DNA from: an uncultured Alphaproteobacteria bacterium
GTDB taxonomy: Bacteria; Pseudomonadota; Alphaproteobacteria; Rickettsiales; UBA998
NCBI GenBank assembly: GCA_963803575.1
Contig: CAWDMW010000001.1
Span: 272,086 to 336,085 of the forward strand
DNA: 64,000 bases
Direction: 5' to 3'
Under the pieces are notes generated by a model, which was not told the DNA's origin, made no database searches, and worked only from the letters and a program-made list of their open reading frames with translations. The position numbers and the translations under genes were made by a program. Positions 46,881-57,576 of the stretch are shown piece after piece. The first letter of the stretch is position 1, and every line of letters begins with the position of its first letter.

Positions 46881-47971
46881 GCACTGAAAATTCATGTCCC
46901 GATTTACGAAAAAGACAGGAAGACATTAAAGCTTTTATTCATCGGTGCGGACTGGCAAATTGCCGAAAAATACGCATTGCCGGTGATGCGTCACATCGTC
47001 GCTACCAGCGTATTTTTAAAGATAATAACAGTGTCATGCTGATGGACTCACCGCCAGATAAAGAACCCGTTTCTGACTACATTAATGTTGCGGCGATACT
47101 ACATGACCGTGGTTTTTCGGTACCACATATCCTTGAACAGGATCGAGAGAAAGGATTCTTGTTACTGGAAGATTTCGGTAATACGTTATTTTCCAAGTTT
47201 TTTCATCAGGCTGCTCTGGAAGATGTGGATTTAGTCCAGAGACAATTATATAATGAAGCACTTAATATCCTGATTGGTCTTGCGCAACAAGGCCTGGAGC
47301 CTCCGTTTAGCGCAAATGACGTGCCACTATATACGGAAACATTGTTAGAAAAAGAAGTCATGGCATTCTCTGACTGGTTCTTACCCGAAATATTCAGTGG
47401 GGCGCAGTTGAAAGAAGCACAACATAGCTGGAAAATTTTGTGGCAGTTCTTAATTGGTAGTGCAGATTTAACGCCGCAAGTATTAGTGCATCGTGATTAT
47501 CACGTGGATAATCTATGCTGGCTAGATGAACGCGAAGGCTTAAAGCGTGTCGGCCTGCTGGACTTTCAGGATGCCGTGCGTGGTCGTCGTGCTTATGATG
47601 TCGTGTCATTGCTGGAAGATGCCCGCCGTGATGTGCCATTCACCATGCAAGCTGCTCTCAAGCAAAACTACATTAAAGCACTGGAATTGAATGAAGCAGA
47701 TTTCAACAGGGATTATGCATTTTATGGCGCACAGCGTAACGCAAAAATTCTTGGTTATTTTGTCAAGTTTTATCGTCAGGATGGTAAGCCCCGTTATCTG
47801 GCGATGATTGAACGTGTCTGGAATTACTTTCTGGCTGATATTGAGCATCCTGCACTGGATGATGTGCGTCGTTGGATACAGAAATATTTTGATTCTGATG
47901 CAATGCATCGCGTTTCTCATATCGTTAAGGCTCCTTTGGAAGAGTCAGAGGATAATGAGCATAACGGCTAA
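46841..47971 (+). CDS. amgK: aminoglycoside-phosphotransferase-fold kinase, AmgK-like (anomeric MurNAc/GlcNAc kinase)
   Basis: DASHRRYQRI..., HRDYHVDNLCW...LLDFQDAVRGRRAYDVVSLLEDARRD. Conserved tsaE-amgK-murU context. Confidence 0.7.
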   Translation: MEDTITNTGTTQLSTENSCPDLRKRQEDIKAFIHRCGLANCRKIRIAGDASHRRYQRIFKDNNSVMLMDSPPDKEPVSDYINVAAILHDRGFSVPHILEQDREKGFLLLEDFGNTLFSKFFHQAALEDVDLVQRQLYNEALNILIGLAQQGLEPPFSANDVPLYTETLLEKEVMAFSDWFLPEIFSGAQLKEAQHSWKILWQFLIGSADLTPQVLVHRDYHVDNLCWLDEREGLKRVGLLDFQDAVRGRRAYDVVSLLEDARRDVPFTMQAALKQNYIKALELNEADFNRDYAFYGAQRNAKILGYFVKFYRQDGKPRYLAMIERVWNYFLADIEHPALDDVRRWIQKYFDSDAMHRVSHIVKAPLEESEDNEHNG

Positions 47972-48744
47972 TGACATTATCACAGAGCAAGGTAACGCAA
48001 GCCATGATTTTAGCGGCGGGTCGTGGTGAACGTTTTCGTCCTTTCACAGACACGCGTCCTAAGCCATTAATACCCGTACAAGGAAAACCACTTATTGACT
48101 GGCAATTGGAGCGATTGCACCGGCAGGGCTTTACGCGCATTGTGATAAATAGCTGCTACATGGCTGATATGCTGGAAGCGCATGTATCACGCTGGTCTGA
48201 TACCTTAGATATTATTATTTCACGCGAAGAAACCGCCTTAGAAACAGGCGGCGGCATACGTCATGCACTGCCACATTTTCAGGGCAACCCATTTTACGTG
48301 ATTAATGCCGATGTATTGTTCTGGCCAATGAACGATGCGGCACCATTTGCCGCTTTGCATAACGCGCTACAAGAAAACCCTCACTTGAGCGCCGTACTTT
48401 TGTTGCAACCATCAACAAACGTAAAAGGGCTTACCTCAAATGGTGACTTTCATTGCAATACAGATGGGTATTTAAAACGCAGAGTGAAAGAATACTCCGC
48501 CCCTTACCTCTTTACCGGTATACAACTATTGCAACCAGATGCATTTGAAGAAACCAAACAATCTGCTTTTTCCATGAATGTGGTTTATGACACGCTAATG
48601 CAACAATCACGCATTGCCGGCGTCATAAATGCCAACGGAACTATGCTACACGTAGGTGACCCACAAGGATATGTAGAAGTGGAAACATGGCTGGATAGCC
48701 ACACAGTAGAGACAACCAAACATCAAAATCTTCATACAGCGTAA
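47971..48744 (+). CDS. murU: nucleotidyltransferase, MurU-like (MurNAc-1-P uridylyltransferase)
   Basis: AMILAAGRGERFRPFTDTRPKPLIPVQGKPLIDW. Confidence 0.75.
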   Translation: MTLSQSKVTQAMILAAGRGERFRPFTDTRPKPLIPVQGKPLIDWQLERLHRQGFTRIVINSCYMADMLEAHVSRWSDTLDIIISREETALETGGGIRHALPHFQGNPFYVINADVLFWPMNDAAPFAALHNALQENPHLSAVLLLQPSTNVKGLTSNGDFHCNTDGYLKRRVKEYSAPYLFTGIQLLQPDAFEETKQSAFSMNVVYDTLMQQSRIAGVINANGTMLHVGDPQGYVEVETWLDSHTVETTKHQNLHTA

Positions 48745-48827
48745 TTTTCTCTTGTATTTTTTTATAAAATTTTAATTAAAATGCTTGTTTATGTGATTTA
48801 CGCATGCGTAACAAAATGTTTGGTTTA
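48707..48827 (+). repeat. direct repeat copy 1 (murU 3' end + intergenic + first 8 codons MRNKMFGL)
   Basis: Aligns with 57577-57698. The coding ends are identical and the intergenic middle carries about ten substitutions/indels. Confidence 0.9.
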
Positions 48828-49194
48828 CCGAGGATGCAGCATACGCGTACGATACCCAGTCATCGCCAATACCACTATATGGTGATCTGCTCCCTTACCA
48901 CCATTTAATGTATCATCACCTGCATATACGGATTGCTATCGTTCGTACAATGCACTGGATGTATCTGGCTTTCACCATTATCGCATCAATCACTTAACTC
49001 ACTTTGCCGAGAGAAAAATCAACCATATAAATTGTATTGAGAGTTTCTGGAACCAAGCAAAAAGAGTGCTACGAAAATATAATGGGATACCTAAAGAGTC
49101 ATTTCATTTGTTTTTGAAAGAGTGTGAGTTTAGGTTAAATTACGGAACACCAAAACAGCAGCTGGAACAACTCAATAAATGGTGTTTGAAATAA
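48828..49194 (+). pseudogene. IS1595-family (ISXO2-like) transposase, 3' half
   Basis: ...YTDCYRSYNALDVSGFHHYRINHLTHFAERKINHINCIESFWNQAKRVLRKYNGIPKESFHLFLKECEFRLNYG.... The upstream part (..RVRYPVIANTT..) is in other frames. It begins only about 15-20 codons after the point where fragment 35172-35440 ends. Confidence 0.75.
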
Positions 49195-49216
49195 CCTAAT
49201 CTATGCCAGCCCCAAT

Positions 49217-52200
49217 TTAAATTCTAAATCGCAAATCCAGCGTATGAGGAAATTCTGGATTTGCTTCAAGTGCGGGCATAGTGACTTTCCCTGGCGTGTG
49301 TCCCATTGCCTCGAAACGTGAGAGCTTGCGTCCTTCTGCTTCATTTTCATTGACGGGAAAAGTGTCATGATTGCGTCCACCGGGGTGCGTAACATGATAG
49401 GTACAGCCACCGAGTGAGCGACCTTGCACCGTGTCAATACACATCAAAGATCAGCGGCGCATTGACAGGCAGTTTTGGATGCAGGCTGGAAGGTTGCGAC
49501 CACGCTTTGAAGCGCACTCCCGCCACCTGCACACCATTCTCATTCGTGGCTTTAAGTGGTACAACACGTCCGTTACAGGTAACGATATGGTGGTTTTCAG
49601 AGAGTCCGGTGACCATTAGTTGCAGGCGTTCCACCGTTGCATCGACTGAGCGGCTGACACCACCGCCCGCAGGCTCTTCGCCCATGACTGGCCATGGCTC
49701 CAAAGCGGTGCGCAGCGATAAGGTTCCACTCACCAATATGCACGACTCCACACTCAGGAAAACGAAAAGCAAAGAACGGGGCAAACCATTCTGACTTTAC
49801 ATGATATCCACCCGATTTCAGAAGATGCAGCACACTCTGGAAATCCTCCTCAGATGTGATATGGAAGCATAAACTGATCATGCAGCCGTGTACCCCAGCG
49901 CACCAGTTTGCCAGTATAGGGTGTTTTCCAGAAATGGGCGATACATGCTCGTATAAGCAGGCTCTGCACCAGATTCATCTGTGGATGTGGCGTCATCTCA
50001 AATCCGCGCATTTCCAGCAAACCGAGCCTGCCGCGATCACTATCCGGGCTGTATAGCTTGTCGATGCAGAATTCTGCACGATGCGTGTTTCCGGTCAGAT
50101 CCACCAATAAATTTCGGAACAGGCGATCCACCAGCCATGGTGACACCTCATCCTTTTCAGGAATATGTTGAAAGGCAATTTCCAGTTCATACAGCGCATC
50201 GTGCCGAGCTTCGTCAATTCTGGGAGACTGGCTTGTCGGGCCAATATACATTCCTGAGAACAGGTAAGAGAGCGATGGATGGTTCTGCCAGAAACTCACT
50301 AATGAGCGCAGCATATCGGGACGGCGCAAAAACGGGCTGTCTTCGGGTTCTGCCGCACCAAGTACAATATGGTTGCCACCACCGGTGCCTACATGCCGCC
50401 CGTCGAGCATGAATTTCTCGGTTGAAAGCCGTGCCAGCCGCGCTTCTTCATACACGGTGCTGGTAATTACTTTGAGTTCTTCCCAATTAGCGGCAGGCTG
50501 AACGTTGATCTCAATCACGCCAGGATCGGGGGTCACGGAAAAATGTGACATCCGGCTGTCAGCAGGCGGCATATAGCCTTCCAGAATGACCGGAGTGTTC
50601 AGATGTTTTGCAACCGCTTCAATGGCCGTGATCAGTTCCAGAAAATGCTCTGCCCATGCAACTGGGGGCAGGAACAGGTGCAGCACACCGCCGCGCACTT
50701 CGGCACATAATGCGGTTCTAATCAAGCCATTCGTATCTTTCTTAAATGCTTTATCATCTACCTTTACAGGCAGTGCTTTTTTCAGCATAGTCTGTTTGGG
50801 CAAAGCCTCCTTGACTTCAAAGCCGCTACGCTCTGGTGCCATCTCTTGCTTCGCCTCTTTCGGAGAAGGCAGGCTGGCCAGTGGCAGGCGCAAACCTACC
50901 GGTGAATCACCGGTTAATAGAATTACATGGTCGGATTTAAATTGCCACTTATTACTGATCCACTGCTTGCGTCTATGCGAGTAATGCAGTGGCAAGACGT
51001 AGCCTGTCGGTGCATTTAAATCTTTTTCCATTAACACTTGAAGCCGTTCGCGCTCTGTTTTGCTCGAACACATCCGCGCCCATCATCTCATCGTGCAATG
51101 GTAGTGTACGTTCCTTCCACAGATAGTATGGCGTATCTTCACGTGTTGGACGTATATATGATCCCGGAATGCCAAGTGCTTCAGCAAGTGAGGCAATGAA
51201 TGTCTTTGCTGTTTTCAAAGAGTGTTTCAGTGATGTATCTGGATCAGCAAGCAAGCTAACATCCTGCCATATCGCTTCACCATCGCTACGCCAGAAACAA
51301 GGCATTGCCCATCGTGGCAGAATTTCTCCGGGATACCACTTTCCTTGTGCAAACATCAGCAAACCACCGGGTGAAAAACGCTCGCGTAACCGATAAAGCA
51401 TATCTTTACCAAGGGCTTTTTTGTCACCGCCCAACGCATCATAATGCCATGCCATATGCTCTCGGTCATCAAGCGACACAAAGGTAGGTTCGCCACCCAT
51501 GGTCAGGCGTACATCTTGTTGTTTAAGTGCGGCATCCACTTGCTTACCAAGTGCATCTATCGCTTTCCACTCAGTGTCACTATAAGGCTTGCTAACACGC
51601 GGTGCTTCGATAATTCGTGTGACGGTCATGTCATGTTCCAGCGTGGCGTTCACCCCATTTTCCAGTGTGCCAGTAACAGGTGCTGCGCTGGATGGGTTCG
51701 GCGTGCAGCATAACGGGATATGCCCTTCACCAGTAAATAATCCGGAAGTAGGATCAAGCCCAACCCAGCCTGCACCGGGCAAATATACTTCCGTCCATGC
51801 ATGCAGATCGGTAAAATCAACGTCTGTACCTGATGGCCCATCAAGGGATTTGACATCCGCTGCCAGCTGAATCAGGTAACCGGAGGCAAAGCGTGTGGCC
51901 AGCCCCAAATGCCGGAGCGCCTGACACAAAAACCACGCCATGTCGCGGCATGATGCGCTGCCAAGTTTCAAAGTGTCTGCACAACTCTGGATACCCGCTT
52001 CCATGCGCACTGTATAGGTAAGCGCCCCGCTGAGCTTCTGATTAATGTCCACCAGAAAATCAATGATGCCTTGCTCTTTTTGATCGGCATCTTTGATCCA
52101 TGCCAGCAAGCCAGCATCTTTTTCTTTGATTTCCAGATAAGGCGCAAGCTCTTCCTTTAATCCAGATTCGTAGGTAAACGGAAATGTTTCTGCATATTCT

Positions 52201-52487
52201 TCAAGAAAAAAGTCAAATGGGTTGTAGACGCGAATTTCACTTAGCACATCAACCTCAATTTTAAATTCTTTGACCTTTTCCGGAAACACTACCTTGGCCA
52301 GAAAATTACCAAACGGGTCTTGCTGCCAGTTAATAAAATGATCTTTCGGCTCTATTTTTAATGAATAAGACTGAATATTGGAGCGCACATGCGGCGCAGG
52401 ACGCAAGCGAATCGTTTGCATACCAAGGCTCACCGACTTGTCGTAACGGTAATGGGTAACATGGTGCAGTGCGGCAGTAATACTCAT
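49217..52487 (-). pseudogene. large transglutaminase-family protein (Bact_transglu_N + TGase core + DUF2126), four frame breaks
   Basis: Five track ORFs are consecutive pieces: 50973..52487, 49850..51073, 49597..49881, 49434..49784 and 49217..49447. Breaks lie near 51065, 49860, 49745 and 49440. The last is a 1-nt insertion in GTGTATTG, which is not a homopolymer. Confidence 0.85.
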
Positions 52488-52586
52488 CTTAAAAAAAATC
52501 CTTGAAATTAAATGTCTTTTCTATCAGAGCATATGCTACTATGCTGCAATTAGCACGTCTTATCATTTAAAACTTTAGAGGCTTAC

Positions 52587-54437
52587 TTGTTCACAATCCC
52601 GCCACTTACCAGCGATATTTTAGCGATCAGCTTAGATGGCAAAGGCTCCCCTTCGATCAATCTCAACCTGCCAAACAAAGCAGGTGGCAGCCATTCCCAT
52701 GGTTGGGGCTTTGGCTGGTATCCGGATAACCATTCTTCCGTGATGGTTACCAAAGACCCGGCGGCACGCGGCGAGCAGGTGCTGGTTGATGCGATTACTG
52801 ATTGGTCAAATTTTCGTTCCGCTACCTTTTTCTGCAAGGTACGCGGTGCATCCAAAGGCTATAGTCATACCGAGACTCAGCCGTTTTCACGCAGTTTTGC
52901 CGGACGTGATTGGCTGTTTGTGCATAATGGCGATCTTGACAAAGCCAAACTTGAAACACTTCATGGTGACCAAACACGACTGTTAGAGCCACTGGGAAAC
53001 ACTGATTCAGAATTGGCGTTTTGTGATTTGATGACACAGATGCAGGAAAGCGATGCACGGCGGATTTCTGATGTTGATCCTAAAGTGTTACATGCATGGT
53101 TCCAACGCTTTGATACGCTTGGTAGTTCTGACATGTACCTAAGCGATGGTGATAGTATTGTCTGCTTTCATGGCTCGCAGTCACCTAAACAACTGTACCA
53201 TGCGCGTATCCAGCCGCCAGACACCAAGAATACGTATACATCAGAAGCTGCTGAAATTTTATTGAGTGATCCACGCGACACGTATCGCACCGCATTGATT
53301 GTTAGCTCTTCACCCTTTACAGACGGCCAGGGAAAAACACAATGGATGCAGATGCAGCCGGGGCAAATGCTCATTATTCGGCGTGGTGCCATCAGTTGGG
53401 ATAGCGCCCCTGAATCCCATCAATTGGCTCAAACCATGCCATTGGCACAATCGCAAGCACAGCAAAGCCCAGTGTTTATGGCACAATCTCAGGCTGAACA
53501 GACACAAGGCCATGTATTAAATGTACGTGCGATGTCGCAAACTCCGCAAGGCGCACCGCTTGGTTACCGGCTATATGAGGTAACGCATTGCACGCACTAC
53601 GAATACAGCGAAGCCGTAGAGCATAGCACCCATGCATTTCGTCTGCAGCCAACCGATGACCCGATGCAGGAGGTGGTCACCTCCAAGCTGTCTATTTCTT
53701 CTCCGGCGGAAGAAATCCAGTATGAGGATGTATTCGGCAATCAGGCAATCCATTGCATTATCAACCAGCCTTATACTAAGCTGACCGTTGAGGCGACCAG
53801 TCAGGTTAAAATTTTTGAAGCCCCACCAGACGATCACAGTCTGTCGCGCCGTCAAACATCTATTCCGCTGGTATGGATGCCATGGCAACGCCAGATGATG
53901 ATGCCCTATTTGTTGCCCCAAGAGCTGCCGGAATCGCAACTGACTGAACTCACCGAGTATGCCATGAGTTTTGTTGAGCGTAACGATTATCATCTGCTAA
54001 AAACCATCGAAAACATGAATCTTAGCATTTACCGCGATTATGCGTATGTGTCTGGCAGCACCTCTATGAACACCACTCCGTTTGATGTCTACACGACGCG
54101 TCAAGGTGTGTGTCAGGATTTTGCCAATCTGTTCATCTGTATGGCACGGCTGCTCGGCATTCCTGCACGTTATCGTATGGGATACATTTATACGGGCGCC
54201 AACTACGCCAATAAAATTCAGTCAGATGCGTCTCATGCATGGACGGAAGTGTATTTACCCTATGTTGGTTGGCGTGGATTTGATCCAACGAATGGCTGCT
54301 CGGTGACACAAGACCATATCCGCGTTGCCTGCGGGCGCAATTACCGCGATACGCCCCCCACTGCCGGAACGATCTATAAAGGCGGTGGTACAGAAACACT
54401 CACAGTTGATGTAAAAATGCGTAAACTGACCAACTAA
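52587..54437 (+). CDS. fusion protein: class-II (Ntn) glutamine-amidotransferase-like domain lacking the Cys nucleophile + Bact_transglu_N + transglutaminase core
   Basis: TTG start 5 nt after AGAGG. The in-frame upstream sequence is closed by TAG at 52551. The N-domain has HSHGWGFGWY...ETQPFSRSFAGRDWLFVHNGDL. The C-domain has GVCQDFANLF...SHAWTEVY...GFDPTNG (Cys-His-Asp). Confidence 0.85.
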   Translation: MFTIPPLTSDILAISLDGKGSPSINLNLPNKAGGSHSHGWGFGWYPDNHSSVMVTKDPAARGEQVLVDAITDWSNFRSATFFCKVRGASKGYSHTETQPFSRSFAGRDWLFVHNGDLDKAKLETLHGDQTRLLEPLGNTDSELAFCDLMTQMQESDARRISDVDPKVLHAWFQRFDTLGSSDMYLSDGDSIVCFHGSQSPKQLYHARIQPPDTKNTYTSEAAEILLSDPRDTYRTALIVSSSPFTDGQGKTQWMQMQPGQMLIIRRGAISWDSAPESHQLAQTMPLAQSQAQQSPVFMAQSQAEQTQGHVLNVRAMSQTPQGAPLGYRLYEVTHCTHYEYSEAVEHSTHAFRLQPTDDPMQEVVTSKLSISSPAEEIQYEDVFGNQAIHCIINQPYTKLTVEATSQVKIFEAPPDDHSLSRRQTSIPLVWMPWQRQMMMPYLLPQELPESQLTELTEYAMSFVERNDYHLLKTIENMNLSIYRDYAYVSGSTSMNTTPFDVYTTRQGVCQDFANLFICMARLLGIPARYRMGYIYTGANYANKIQSDASHAWTEVYLPYVGWRGFDPTNGCSVTQDHIRVACGRNYRDTPPTAGTIYKGGGTETLTVDVKMRKLTN

Positions 54438-54476
54438 CTCTTGGAAAAGAGAAAGTCCACATAAAAGGATGAACCA

Positions 54477-55955
54477 ATGAATTTTAAAGAATACAACACT
54501 GACGGGTTCTACGATGAACTGATAGAAGAAGATGGAAGTCCGCGCAAAGATGTTCTGCCGCTCATTGAGCATGTGAACGCCATCTCAGCAAAAGATTTAC
54601 GCCGTTGTCAGAAGGCGGCTGAACACGCACTCTATCAGCAGGGCATTACTTTTAGTGTCTATGGCAACAAAAAAGGCACTGAAAAAATTATGCCATTCGA
54701 TATTTTGCCACGCATTGTTTCTGCAAAAGAATGGGAAGTGCTGGAAAAAGGCATGAAACAGCGCATAAACGCGCTCAATCTGTTCATTGACGACATTTAT
54801 AACGAACAGAAAATATTCAAAGACAAGATTATCCCTAAGGAACTTGTGCTGTCTTCGGAGTGTTATCTAAAGCAATGCATAGGACTCTCACCACCCAAAG
54901 GCATCTGGATACATATCACCGGCACTGATCTCGTGCGCGATGGTAACGGCGAATTTTATGTGCTGGAAGATAATCTACGCTGTCCGTCTGGCATTTCCTA
55001 TGTATTGCAGAATCGTTCTATCCAAAAACGTACCATGCCCAAGGCATTTCAGGCGATGCGCGCCCGCCCTGTTTCGGATTATGGCGATCATCTTTATGAA
55101 ACCCTTCTCCATTGCGCACCAGAAGGTGTCGAGGATCCGAATGTCATCGTGCTTACGCCGGGTATATACAATTCCGCTTATTATGAGCATAGCTTCCTTG
55201 CTCAGCAGATGGGGGTGCCGCTGGCGCAAGGCTCTGACCTAACCATTATTGATGGTCAGGTGATGTTACGCACCACACGCGGCTTCGAGAAGGTCGATGT
55301 GATTTACCGCCGTATTGATGACGAGTTTCTTGATCCAGAGGTATTCAACAAAGAATCATTGCTTGGTGTTCCCGGCATTATGGAGTGTTTCCGAAAAGGT
55401 CATGTCGCTCTGGCGAATGCACCCGGCACCGGTATTGCCGATGATAAGGCCGTCTATGCTTATGTGCCGAAGATTATCAAATATTATCTGAATGAAGAAC
55501 CCATCATCAACAATGTGCCTACCTTTATCTGTGACGATGAGAAAGATCGCAACTATGTACTCGCTAATCTGGATAAGCTTGTGGTCAAGGCGGTGAACCT
55601 TTCAGGTGGCTATGGTATGCTGATTGGCCCCAAGTCAACGGCTAAAGAACGCGAGGAATTCGCTGAGAAGATCAAGGAAAATCCACGTGATTACATTGCT
55701 CAACCAACCCTTGCTTTATCACGCACCCCCACCATCATCGGCGATACTATTGAAGGTCGGCATGTCGATTTTCGCCCTTATATTCTTTATGGAAAATATA
55801 TTTTTGTGCTTCCGGGCGGCTTAACCCGCGTGGCGCTGACTAAAGGTTCGCTAGTGGTCAATTCTTCGCAAGGCGGAGGCAGTAAGGATACATGGGTATT
55901 AGGCAGCGAAAAACACGATATGGACAACATTACAGAAGAGGTATCTTATGCTTAG
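54477..55955 (+). CDS. circularly permuted type-2 ATP-grasp protein (DUF404/DUF407)
   Basis: 492 aa. ...GITFSVYG...PFDILPRIVSAKEWEVLEKGMKQRINALNLFIDDIY...VLEDNLRCPSGISYVL... Confidence 0.85.
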   Translation: MNFKEYNTDGFYDELIEEDGSPRKDVLPLIEHVNAISAKDLRRCQKAAEHALYQQGITFSVYGNKKGTEKIMPFDILPRIVSAKEWEVLEKGMKQRINALNLFIDDIYNEQKIFKDKIIPKELVLSSECYLKQCIGLSPPKGIWIHITGTDLVRDGNGEFYVLEDNLRCPSGISYVLQNRSIQKRTMPKAFQAMRARPVSDYGDHLYETLLHCAPEGVEDPNVIVLTPGIYNSAYYEHSFLAQQMGVPLAQGSDLTIIDGQVMLRTTRGFEKVDVIYRRIDDEFLDPEVFNKESLLGVPGIMECFRKGHVALANAPGTGIADDKAVYAYVPKIIKYYLNEEPIINNVPTFICDDEKDRNYVLANLDKLVVKAVNLSGGYGMLIGPKSTAKEREEFAEKIKENPRDYIAQPTLALSRTPTIIGDTIEGRHVDFRPYILYGKYIFVLPGGLTRVALTKGSLVVNSSQGGGSKDTWVLGSEKHDMDNITEEVSYA

Positions 55956-56892
55956 TCGCGCTGCTAGTTCTATCTATTGGATGAGCCGTTATCTGGAGCG
56001 TGCTGATAATGTCGCCCGCTTTATTGATGTTAATGCTCGCCTAATTCTTGATATGGGTTGGGAAAGAGAAAATGCGCAATGGGAGCCGTTGGTACGCACA
56101 ACCGGCGATGAAAATAACTTCAATGAACGTTACACGGAATATGACGAAAAGAGTGCCGTACGGTTTCTGACTTTTGATACTAAAAACCCTAATTCGATTA
56201 TCAGCTGCGTGCAGCATGTACGTGAAAATGCCCGTACTGTACGTGAAGTCATTTCGTCGGAAATGTGGGAAGCAGTGAATGCGCTTTATCATTTGGTTGA
56301 GAAGCACAGCCGTAAGCGCAAGATTGATGATCTTCAGGAATTCTTCAAAGCAGTGCATCAGGCCAACCATCTGCTCGCTGGCTTGATCGACAACACCATG
56401 TCGCACGGTGAAGGCTGGCATTTTGCTCGTCTTGGCAGACTTCTGGAGCGTGCTGACAAAACAGCACGTATGCTTGATGTGAAATACTTCCTGCTACTCC
56501 CCAAAGGGGAATTGGTTGATTCACCCTATGATATGGTTGAATGGGGAGCAGTGCTGGAATCTGTAGGCGGTTTTGAGATGTATCGTAAACAGTTCCACCG
56601 CGCTAATTACCATAATGTGACACGTTTTTTAGTGCTCAACGAAGATTTTCCGCGTGCGATCCGCTTCTGCGTCAATAACGCTTCGCTCTCACTAGGTTGT
56701 ATTACCAACATGCTGGATGTAAACGTTACGGCAAGCAAAGAAATGGAAACATTAAAGGCTTCTCTGGACAACGCCGATATTGAAGTTATTTTAAACAAGG
56801 GTCTACATGAATTTATAGACGTGTTACAGTTTAATTTGAATGTTGTGGATGAGGCATTGTACCGCTCGTTCTTCGCTTTCGAGAAAAGCTAA
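55948..56892 (+). CDS. alpha-E domain protein (DUF403)
   Basis: MLSRAASSIYWMSRYLERADNVARFIDVN.... Overlaps the ATP-grasp stop by 8 nt. Confidence 0.85.
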   Translation: MLSRAASSIYWMSRYLERADNVARFIDVNARLILDMGWERENAQWEPLVRTTGDENNFNERYTEYDEKSAVRFLTFDTKNPNSIISCVQHVRENARTVREVISSEMWEAVNALYHLVEKHSRKRKIDDLQEFFKAVHQANHLLAGLIDNTMSHGEGWHFARLGRLLERADKTARMLDVKYFLLLPKGELVDSPYDMVEWGAVLESVGGFEMYRKQFHRANYHNVTRFLVLNEDFPRAIRFCVNNASLSLGCITNMLDVNVTASKEMETLKASLDNADIEVILNKGLHEFIDVLQFNLNVVDEALYRSFFAFEKS

Positions 56893-56912
56893 TCATTATC
56901 CGAATGGGTACG

Positions 56913-57045
56913 TTACTCCTGTTCCGATATCAACTTATCCAAGATAATGCTTGCCGCCATATCACCGGTAACATTTACTGAAGTGCGGCATATATCAAGG
57001 ATATGGTCAACACCTGACCTGCTCTCCATAAACTGATCCAATTGT
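56913..57045 (-). pseudogene. dicarboxylate/amino acid:cation symporter (DAACS), C-terminal stub
   Basis: Own translation: ...QLDQFMESRSGVDHILDICRTSVNVTGDMAASIILDKLISEQE*, with the RTxxNVxGD signature. Its 5' side is cut by the IS630 derivative at 57049. Confidence 0.6.
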
Positions 57046-57050
57046 CACTA

Positions 57051-57576
57051 TAGCAAAATCGTTTTTCATTTATCAAATAATATGCTATAATATTAGCTAT
57101 TATGAAAAGTTATAGTGTTGATTTTAGGGCGTGTGTTTTAAGAAAATTAGATGAGGGGATGGCTCGTGCAGAGGTATTAGATTTTTTCAACATCAGCCCT
57201 GCAACGTTAACCATTTGGCTTCGCAAACAGCGCGAAACGGGCGATATTTCCCCTGTGAAACGGGGCAGATATAAGACACGAAAACTGGATGATACCGCCT
57301 TACTTAATTACATCAAATATAATAATGACCGTACGTTAGTGGAGATTGCTGAACATTTTAATGTGGCGTCATCTTCTGTGCATGAGCGGTTAAAAATCCT
57401 TGGAATTAGTCGTAAAAAAAACCACGCTCTACGCCGAACGAAACGAACAAAAAAGGCAAGCGTTTCTAGCCGAGATTGAACACATCAATCTAAAGGCATT
57501 GCAAAAATCTTGTACAGACTTTCATGAAGCCATCAACAAAGCTTTCCAAAATGATTTATGAAAAACGATTTTACTA
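57051..57576 (+). mobile_element. IS630-family element with internal deletion (non-autonomous, 526 bp)
   Basis: IRs TAGCAAAATCGTTTTTCATTTATC and TAGTAAAATCGTTTTTCATAAATC, flanked by TA at 57049-50 and 57577-78. It keeps the N-terminal HTH ORF (57102..57479) and the C-terminal tail (...FHEAINKAFQNDL) but has no DDE domain. Confidence 0.8.
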
